DNA of 53,666 nt. It comes from a virus (Duplodnaviria > Caudoviricetes). This document shows, in pieces, positions 1 through 6,459 of this stretch. The stretch spans positions 1-53,666 of the IMG/VR virus record IMGVR_UViG_3300045120_000224; one strand, written 5' to 3'. Within the stretch, counting starts at the first letter, position 1. Each line of letters starts with the position of its first letter. Below the pieces are notes generated by a model. The model was given only the letters and a program-made list of their open reading frames with translations, made no database searches and was not told the DNA's origin. Both the position numbers and the translations under genes were made by a program.

Positions 1-140
1 AGTCAAAGATGACTTCGTCATCCGCGTCGGTGAACTCATCTGATTCGGTTCCCTTCTGAAGTCGCTCCTCCTCCAGCTCGATTAGCTGGAGGTTGAGGCC
101 CATGTTCTGGGCCTGTAGATCTGTGACCCTGGCCAGCATC
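1..140. repeat. Terminal direct repeat / circular assembly overlap, copy 1
   Basis: 1-140 equals 53527-53666 except T at 14 versus G at 53540. The AAA ATPase ORF reads through the join. Confidence 0.95.
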
Positions 141-964
141 TTGCTGTCCTTGAGGATCGCCGCCGTCCTGGTCTTCAACGTGTGGTCGAAGACCTTGCCG
201 GTGGTGAGGAACACGTACTGCACCTTGCCCTGAGACAGGGCCCGGCGGTTGTTCATGTCCAGCAGCTCCTGCAGAGCAGCGCTCTTGACCTGACGCAGCT
301 GAGCCTGACCGATCAGGTTCCGCGGGCTGCTGCCCTTGGTACTGGCCGGAGCCGACGACTTCGCCCCGAGCACATCGAGGATCTCGTACATCGGCAGCAC
401 CTCGCTGTCCAGCAGCGAGGACATCTCCATGCTCTGCGCCATCTCGGGCAGAAGCCCGAGCCTGTCGACGAACAGCATGGCGATCTGCTTCTTCACCGAC
501 TTCAGGTGACGGGGATCCGGCACCGGCAGGTGCAGCAGCCGATCCTCCAACGCCTTGTCGTATGCCACCGTGGAGTTGCTGGCTGCAACAATGAACACCT
601 TGGGCAACTTGAACCCCGCCACCTCACGAGACGTGAAGATGTCGAGCAACCCCGAGTACACCTCAGGAAACCCACGCAGGAACTCATCGAAGAAGATGAT
701 GTCCCCCTCCTTGAGGTTGGTCCAGATCGTCGAGTGCAGCATCCGCAACCGACTGTTCTCATCGGTTGGCATCTGCACACCCTCGATCTCGAGCGGGCTC
801 AGCCTGCTCACGTTGACGATGTGCAGGTTGACACCCAGCAAGTCGGCTACCTCCTGGATGATCGAGGACTTGCCACAACCTGGAGGCCCGAACATGTGAG
901 GGATCGGGCTACGCACGTCAGTCGCCATCGACATGACGTACAACTTCAACAGCATTTCCAACAT
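1..964 (-). CDS. MoxR-like AAA+ ATPase (~321 aa); its stop codon lies across the circular join at 53525-53527
   Basis: Absent from the ORF track because it runs off the edge. Manual translation MLEMLLKLYV...HMFGPPGCGKS (Walker A), IIFFDEFLR (Walker B), IVAASN (sensor), ALEDRL (Arg finger). AGAAGGGAG RBS upstream of ATG 964. Confidence 0.9.
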   Translation of the reverse strand, partial: MLEMLLKLYVMSMATDVRSPIPHMFGPPGCGKSSIIQEVADLLGVNLHIVNVSRLSPLEIEGVQMPTDENSRLRMLHSTIWTNLKEGDIIFFDEFLRGFPEVYSGLLDIFTSREVAGFKLPKVFIVAASNSTVAYDKALEDRLLHLPVPDPRHLKSVKKQIAMLFVDRLGLLPEMAQSMEMSSLLDSEVLPMYEILDVLGAKSSAPASTKGSSPRNLIGQAQLRQVKSAALQELLDMNNRRALSQGKVQYVFLTTGKVFDHTLKTRTAAILKDSKMLARVTDLQAQNMGLNLQLIELEEERLQKGTESDEFTDADDEVIFD

Positions 965-1343
965 GACGCTTCTCCCTTCTGGTTCGTGCGCTTCGCTCGT
1001 TGCGGCACAGCCGACACCGAGTACCGCCATCACTGTCGAGCACGTAGTTCTCGGGCACCCACAGGTGGATGCCCTTGCCGCACCTCGACTTGTCCGGGCG
1101 CGTAGCTATCCCGGCCTCACCTCGCTGGCAGTTCACCGCATGGGTGACAGCCTCGAGGTGGTACACGTTGTAGCAGGGGCGAACCCTGCAGGTGTGGTCA
1201 AGCTCCAGCGGTTCAGGTGGTAGAGCACCGAACACCTGGAGCCAGGCCCAACGATGGGCCAGCATGACCTTTTCGCCCACACGCACGGCACCGTAACCGG
1301 CAGCCGTACGTGCGCCCGTCCAGATGACACAGTCACTGGTCAT
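918..1343 (-). CDS. HNH homing endonuclease
   Basis: CVIWTG...GYG...AHRWAW...LDHTCRVRPCYNVYHLEAVT..VN pattern, plus a C-terminal CxxGxH...CxxC zinc motif. Start taken at ATG 1343. Confidence 0.9.
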   Translation of the reverse strand: MTSDCVIWTGARTAAGYGAVRVGEKVMLAHRWAWLQVFGALPPEPLELDHTCRVRPCYNVYHLEAVTHAVNCQRGEAGIATRPDKSRCGKGIHLWVPENYVLDSDGGTRCRLCRNERSARTRREKRHVGNAVEVVRHVDGD

Positions 1344-1383
1344 TGTTATCCTTACCTCGTTGCTGGATGCGACGGTGAACACA

Positions 1384-1415
1384 GAGGGCGGCAGGCTCAC
1401 GCACCTGCCGCCCTC
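1384..1415 (-). terminator. GC-rich hairpin, likely terminator
   Basis: GAGGGCGGCAGG / CCTGCCGCCCTC 12-bp perfect stem just after the stop at 1424; weak U-tail. Confidence 0.5.
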
Positions 1416-1423
1416 CGCTGTGC

Positions 1424-1900
1424 TCAGACCTCGTCGAGCGGGAGGCCGGTGGCCTCGGCACCCACCTCGGCAGCCGACGGCTGCACGGAGGCGGTGCCGG
1501 CCAGCACCTCGAGGACCTCGAGCTGGTCGTTGACCCAGGCCAGCCGGTCGTGGTCACCGGACTCCAGGATCCGCAGGACCGTGGAGTCCTTGGTCAGCTT
1601 GACCAGGTGAGCCGGCTTGCCCTGCACACCGGCGACCTCCTCGGACAGCACCACGAACCCGATCGGGTCCGGCTGCTTCTCGAGCTTCTTGCCGACGGCC
1701 TCGGCCGCCTCGGTCAGCGGCTTGAAGAACTCCTCGACCGCCGCGTCGAACGCCGCGGTGGCCTGGTCGAACTCCTTGTGAGAGTTGACCTCGGTCCACT
1801 GGCTGGAGTCCAGCACGGTCTGACCCTCGTTGCCGAAGACGTCCGTGCCCTGTACCAGGACACGCTCGTCGACGAGCCTGGTGGTGGTGAACTGAGCCAT
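1424..1900 (-). CDS. Hypothetical protein (158 aa)
   Basis: AGGAAGGAG RBS before ATG 1900 (MAQFTTT...), strong GC3 codon bias. Confidence 0.85.
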   Translation of the reverse strand: MAQFTTTRLVDERVLVQGTDVFGNEGQTVLDSSQWTEVNSHKEFDQATAAFDAAVEEFFKPLTEAAEAVGKKLEKQPDPIGFVVLSEEVAGVQGKPAHLVKLTKDSTVLRILESGDHDRLAWVNDQLEVLEVLAGTASVQPSAAEVGAEATGLPLDEV

Positions 1901-1960
1901 TAGATGGCTCCTTCCTGATGGAGTGGGTGGCATGCCGGACAGCCTGCCACTGGTGTGGTG

Positions 1961-2149
1961 CTAGTTGCTCGTGCTCTCGTACTGCCAGCCTGCCGTGACA
2001 AGGCCACGGTCCTTCGCCGCCCGAAACAGGGTGGCGAGGGACGGCTGGCTGTTCGCCTCGACCAGTGAGTCGAGGCTAGCGTCACCCTCCGACACTTCTC
2101 GGTGTCGGTCGGTGGCGTGCGGACCGTTGCAGGTGCGGCACTGACCCAT
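1961..2149 (-). CDS. Small hypothetical protein with N-terminal CxxCxxxH
   Basis: MGQCRTCNGPH; start abuts the upstream stop. Confidence 0.7.
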   Translation of the reverse strand: MGQCRTCNGPHATDRHREVSEGDASLDSLVEANSQPSLATLFRAAKDRGLVTAGWQYESTSN

Positions 2150-2346
2150 CAGATCCCCCTCTCCACGTCGACCAGTGTCGCGGTGAACGCGATGCCCTGG
2201 CCGATCGTGACCTCGATGTTGTCGCTTCGCTTCTGCAGCAGACCCACCACGATCTGACCGTGGTCGACCTTGTTCATGATGAGCTCGGTCAGGACTGCGT
2301 CCGCCTCGTGCTCATCGGCCACGTCGACCACCAGTACCAGTCTCAT
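2149..2346 (-). CDS. Small hypothetical protein
   Basis: MRLVLVVDV...; GGAAGGAG RBS; ATGA overlap with the upstream gene. Confidence 0.75.
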   Translation of the reverse strand: MRLVLVVDVADEHEADAVLTELIMNKVDHGQIVVGLLQKRSDNIEVTIGQGIAFTATLVDVERGI

Positions 2347-2606
2347 ACCGGCTCCTTCCACGAGGGGCGGACCGACACGGTGAACGTGGTGGACGGGTGC
2401 TCACGCGCGACGCGCTTGAGCTCACGCCGCAGAGCGGCCGCCTTGTTCAAGGCGACACGCCTGGTGGGCCAAGGACCCACCACCCACGGCCAGCTCCGCT
2501 TGCCACGGGTGACGATGGCGACAGCCACGTACCCGTTCGCCTCCGCCCTGACCAGCGCCTCCCATGACGGGTACTGGACGCCCGTGCTCTCCGAGTACGC
2601 CATCAT
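2343..2606 (-). CDS. Hypothetical protein (87 aa)
   Basis: Coupled by ATGA overlaps on both sides. Confidence 0.75.
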   Translation of the reverse strand: MMAYSESTGVQYPSWEALVRAEANGYVAVAIVTRGKRSWPWVVGPWPTRRVALNKAAALRRELKRVAREHPSTTFTVSVRPSWKEPV

Positions 2607-3382
2607 TCGAGTGCCTCCATGATCGAGTCGAGACTGTCCTTGAAGTCGATCTCCTTGCTGGCCCTGGTCAGCTCGTCGATCTCGTCAGCCTCGATGTACC
2701 TGGCGATCGCGTCGTAGATACGGCCAAGCATCTGCTTGTCCGTGTCGTAGTGCGTGCCGAAGTACAGGCTCGCCATGTCGTAGCCGGTGACCAGGTCGTC
2801 CTTCACCAAGGTGAGGTCGTACCCGTAGCCGGCGTACTTGGCGTAGCGCCCGCACTCACGCAGCCCGTTGTACTGGCTGATGAAACCGTTGCGCCAGTTG
2901 GCGCGCTTGCTCGGCATCATCGGCAGCGGACCCATCGGGTCCATGCCGGGGAACAGATAGCCGCGCATGTCACGGTAGGTGTCGGACTCCAGGTCGTAGC
3001 CGACACCGAGCAGACCGAAGTCGAAGGACTCCAGCACCTGACCCAGGCTCGTCGTCGGGTGACCGTCGACCAGCTTGTACACCAGGTTCGTCTCCACCCC
3101 TGTGGGAGACGTCAGGCGCAGGCTGTTGGTGTGCCAGGTCTTGAACCCGTAACGCAGCCACCGTGCCCAGACACGGTCGAAGCGCTCCGGGAACGTGTAG
3201 CCCGAGTCGATCAGCCGCTGACCCACAGCGATCAGCACCTGGCTGGTAGGACAGAACAGGTCGACATCGGAGTGCGCGTTGCTCATCGCGTACGCATCCT
3301 CCGCCACGAGGGAGCCGGCCAGAAAGACCGGCTCCCCACGCAGCAGAGCACGGACGTCGGCGATGAGAGCCGACGCGGACAT
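2603..3382 (-). CDS. Putative nucleotidyltransferase (Pol-beta superfamily)
   Basis: VFLAGSLV...HSDVDLF fits the hG[GS]x(n)DhD signature; later SFDFG segment resembles CCA/poly(A)-polymerase heads. Confidence 0.6.
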   Translation of the reverse strand: MSASALIADVRALLRGEPVFLAGSLVAEDAYAMSNAHSDVDLFCPTSQVLIAVGQRLIDSGYTFPERFDRVWARWLRYGFKTWHTNSLRLTSPTGVETNLVYKLVDGHPTTSLGQVLESFDFGLLGVGYDLESDTYRDMRGYLFPGMDPMGPLPMMPSKRANWRNGFISQYNGLRECGRYAKYAGYGYDLTLVKDDLVTGYDMASLYFGTHYDTDKQMLGRIYDAIARYIEADEIDELTRASKEIDFKDSLDSIMEALE

Positions 3383-3696
3383 CAGCCCTGGTCGGGCGTG
3401 ACGTCAGTGCCGGCGGGGTCGAGGTCGACGACACCCAGCTCGGAGAGCTGCTTGTCGATGACCCGGATGTTCTCCTGCCGGTCCTCGATCTGCGTGACCA
3501 GCTTGGCCCGCTTGTCCTGCAGGTCGGTGACGACCTTGGCGTCCTTCTCGGACGCCTTGGCCTTCGCCGCGGCGAGGTCCGCCTCGAGCTTGGCGACCCG
3601 CTGCGCCGGCGTCAGGGTCTGACGCTTGGCCTTCGGCTTGTCAGCCTCCGGCTGGGCAGCCGGCGGTGCGGCCGCTGCCTTCTTGGTGGTGGTCAC
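3382..3696 (-). CDS. Lys/Ala-rich coiled-coil protein
   Basis: GTG 3696 with AAGGGAG RBS; heptad-like RVAKLEADLAAAKAKA...KLVTQIEDRQENIRVIDKQL. Confidence 0.75.
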   Translation of the reverse strand: MTTTKKAAAAPPAAQPEADKPKAKRQTLTPAQRVAKLEADLAAAKAKASEKDAKVVTDLQDKRAKLVTQIEDRQENIRVIDKQLSELGVVDLDPAGTDVTPDQG

Positions 3697-3804
3697 GGTC
3701 GACCACTCCCTTCTGTTGATGGATGCGCGTGCGATCTGCACGCGCCACGACCCGGTATCCCATCCTCCATCGGAGAGGGGACACCGGGCCGCAGAACGTG
3801 GGGC

Positions 3805-3996
3805 TCAGCCTTCCAGGCCGAGCCTGAGAAGCAGCGCGGCCTTGACCTCACGGGCGAATGCCCGTGCGTCCTCGACCTGCTCCGCCGTCGTCCCGGCCTC
3901 CAGCCGATGCAGCAGCTGCATCTTCTTGAACAACGCCCAGGCGTCGTGAGAAGTGCGAAGCAGCTCCATCGTGGAGAGTGCGGGTACTGCAGCCAT
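3805..3996 (-). CDS. Small hypothetical protein (63 aa)
   Basis: GGAGGT RBS before ATG 3996; helical amphipathic sequence. Confidence 0.7.
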   Translation of the reverse strand: MAAVPALSTMELLRTSHDAWALFKKMQLLHRLEAGTTAEQVEDARAFAREVKAALLLRLGLEG

Positions 3997-4188
3997 CGGT
4001 TACCTCCGATGTAGGTGAGCGGCTGGTCCGCTCGAGACTTGACCAGCACCCGACAGCAGGTGCTGGTCCGTGCTCCGTGACGATGGCTGCCCATCTCCGA
4101 CGTGCACACCTCGAGGGTGTGCTGCGCCTGCCACCCGTCGGGTAGTGGCAGGCGCCTTGCACCGGTCAGGCCGGTGCAACTCCATGGG

Positions 4189-4515
4189 TCAGCGCCGGCC
4201 CCAGCCCTGCTGGTTCGGTCGATCCTGCAGCTCGGCCTCGGTCAGCCATGACGGTGGCGGCGGCAGCTCGTCCTCGTCATAGGGCCAAGACGGCGGGAGC
4301 TCGACGCTCACGCTGTCGTGGATCGGAGTGTCCGATCCGCTGGCGTGTGGCACGTACTCGACGTCGGTCACGCTGAGACCGAGCTGGTCGAGCAGGTTGT
4401 TCAGAGCAGCGGCCTCGGTCCGTGCCTCGTTGCGCTGCGGTACGAAGTAGCCGGCTGCACAGGCGAAGCCCAGCAGCAGAGCCACGATGAGCCCAAGCCA
4501 TTCCCACATGATCAT
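4189..4515 (-). CDS. Membrane-anchored hypothetical protein
   Basis: N-terminal hydrophobic helix WEWLGLIVALLLGFACAAGYF followed by an acidic Pro-rich tail. Confidence 0.75.
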   Translation of the reverse strand: MIMWEWLGLIVALLLGFACAAGYFVPQRNEARTEAAALNNLLDQLGLSVTDVEYVPHASGSDTPIHDSVSVELPPSWPYDEDELPPPPSWLTEAELQDRPNQQGWGRR

Positions 4516-4707
4516 GCCTCTCTCTACGATCTAATGTAGATCTCTCTCTCAGAGATAGCTCTTGCTATCTCCTCTCCCTTCCCTACTACCTAACAGTAGT
4601 AATCACTACCGCGCACAAGCATGTGCGCGACACCAAGCATGGTGGGTAGCCAGCAGGCTACGTGAGCAGCAGCGAGATGGTGGAGAAAGACGAGACATAG
4701 ATGTCCC

Positions 4708-5094
4708 TCACGAAGCGTTGATCTTCGCCTCGAGGTTCGCCTCATCCTGTGCGGTGAGCACGATGCCACGGCCTGAGTAGACAACCTGCAAGGTGCGCAC
4801 GTTGACACGGGCAGCGGAGACCGGCAAGCCGGAGTCGATGCTCCGCCTGTACTCGTTCACCAGGTCGTCGACGACCTGACCGTTGACGAACGCAGGGTTG
4901 CCCTTGCGCGATCTCTCGTGTCGCCGCCTGTCGGCAGGGCCGGCAGACGGCGACAGCCCCTTGTCAGTGAGGTGGTCACCGAGAACGGAGACCACGTACT
5001 TGGACAAGGTGATGTCCTTGACATCGGCGAACGCGACGAGCGCGCTCTTCATCTCGACGGGTATGCGGACTGTGATGGTGGTGTCTGAGGTCAT
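4708..5094 (-). CDS. Ribbon-helix-helix DNA-binding protein
   Basis: TTITVRIPVEMKSALVAFADVKDITLSKYVVSVL fits the RHH strand-helix-helix pattern. TAGGCT -10 box 6 nt before the ATG suggests a leaderless transcript. Confidence 0.7.
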   Translation of the reverse strand: MTSDTTITVRIPVEMKSALVAFADVKDITLSKYVVSVLGDHLTDKGLSPSAGPADRRRHERSRKGNPAFVNGQVVDDLVNEYRRSIDSGLPVSAARVNVRTLQVVYSGRGIVLTAQDEANLEAKINAS

Positions 5095-5173
5095 GGACCC
5101 AGCCTACATCAAACGTCCTACATTGTGTACACCGACACGTCCGAGAATCGGACATACCCGGCAGGTTGTGGAG

Positions 5174-5382
5174 TGTAGTCACCCCCCCCCCTGACTACAC
5201 GAAGCTGCAGGTCAGAGCATGTGTAGACATGTAGTCACCTAACAGACTCCATCTTCTCCCCGAAGGTCTTACATAGTGTACAAAGATATGGAGTTTGTTT
5301 TTGCCCTGGACAAACCGGACAGTGTCGGGTGAAAACCAGGGCTGACCTGCGCAAACGTGTAGTCACCCCTAGGGTGACTACA
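5174..5382. repeat. Palindromic TGTAGTCAC element A (origin- or operator-like)
   Basis: TGTAGTCA/TGACTACA at 5174, 5192, 5230, 5358, 5374, variant at 5222; CAGGTCAG 5208 and CTGACCTG 5342. Confidence 0.85.
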
Positions 5383-5726
5383 TTCGTTGCAGCCTGCAAG
5401 GAATATTGCACCCACCCCGGTGTCGGGTGGACGGACAGCAGCCGGCCTCGGCTGCACGAGGCAAACCAAACAAGGCTTACGCCAGATAGGACTGACGCGC
5501 TAACGCTTGAAGCAGACCTTGGTCTGCTACGCAACGCTTACGTTGCGATGTCACCTAGCCACATGGCTGTGTCATAAAGTCCGGCAATCTCATAAAACCA
5601 CATTGCGCATGCACACCTTGTCTTGTGACGATCCCTCGCTCAGTAGCCTGAGCGCAAGCGTCACGAGACTAGGCGAAAGTGTTACTTGTTGTTGTGTTGT
5701 CTTCTCATCAACGCATGCACATTGTG

Positions 5727-5769
5727 AAAAAAGAGATTGCCTCCCAGCCATAAAGGCTAGGAGACAATC
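5727..5769 (-). terminator. Rho-independent terminator
   Basis: 15-bp stem 5735-5749/5755-5769 whose two mismatches are G-U pairs on the minus strand, followed by a U6 tract, right after the stop at 5774. Confidence 0.85.
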
Positions 5770-5773
5770 ACGT

Positions 5774-6031
5774 CTACGACGTGTAGCGATCCAGCATCCG
5801 CTGGTATGCAGCGATGACCTTGTCATCCTCGCCCTTGGCGATGCAGTCCGCGATCGTGCTACGCAGACGATCCATCGTGTCCAGCTTGACCGTATCCAAC
5901 TCAGTGTTGGACTGGGCAACCTGCTGCTCCGCGAACTTACGCATCACTGCGTTCATGGGATTCAGGTTGGCAACCATGCCATCCTGCAACGCATCCATGA
6001 GACTAGCCATCACGACCTCCGGTTGTGACAT
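5774..6031 (-). CDS. Small helical hypothetical protein (85 aa), first gene of the leftward arm
   Basis: MSQPEVVMASLMDALQ...; lower GC than neighbours; has its own terminator. Confidence 0.7.
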   Translation of the reverse strand: MSQPEVVMASLMDALQDGMVANLNPMNAVMRKFAEQQVAQSNTELDTVKLDTMDRLRSTIADCIAKGEDDKVIAAYQRMLDRYTS

Positions 6032-6240
6032 CTGACTATCAATCTGATAATCCAAAAAGAACCAAACCAAACGAAACACACGTTTCATCCTTATACATAC
6101 CAAATGGATCCTAATATACCATATATACATATATAAGGGGGAATAGTGTGTGTTGTTTGTTTTATTTGTTTATTTTGGTACCTCTCGTAAAAGTTTTCAC
6201 TAATCCAGAAACCGTAGCCAATGGTACGAGGTAAAGGTAT
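6032..6240. promoter_or_regulatory. AT-rich divergent control region
   Basis: The most AT-rich stretch of the genome; lies between the divergent arms; imperfect dyad around ATATATACATATAT. Confidence 0.65.
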
Positions 6241-6459
6241 TCGGGCCCGCCGGGGTGGGCACGTCCTCGCCGGCTCTGCCTCACAGCGTACGACGTCGAC
6301 GTCCTGGCACGCCTTGCACGCCCTGGCGCGCAGGCCCGGGTGTAGGTGCCCGCCAGGGTCGTCGGGGCCCTCCAGCGGTCTGCCGCGCCGTCGCAGGCTG
6401 CCCCCGGACAGCGGCCGATACCGGTAGCATCCCGGATTAGTCGATCAGTGGAGGACGAC

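Noticed and set aside
182-1105. Plus-strand 307-aa ORF
   Set aside because: Antisense shadow of the AAA ATPase, which the track missed because it crosses the window edge.
4000-4185. 61-aa ORF as a protein-coding gene
   Set aside because: Lacks GC3 bias and an RBS, and coincides with the hairpin array; not fully excluded.
5182-5191. C10 run as a phase-variation tract
   Set aside because: It is the spacer of a TGTAGTCAC dyad, equivalent to the C/G spacers in element B; no length variation can be seen from one sequence.
6346-6459. Longer start for the giant gene
   Set aside because: No RBS at 6346; GTG 6460 has GGAGG at good spacing and a TAGCAT -10 box upstream.
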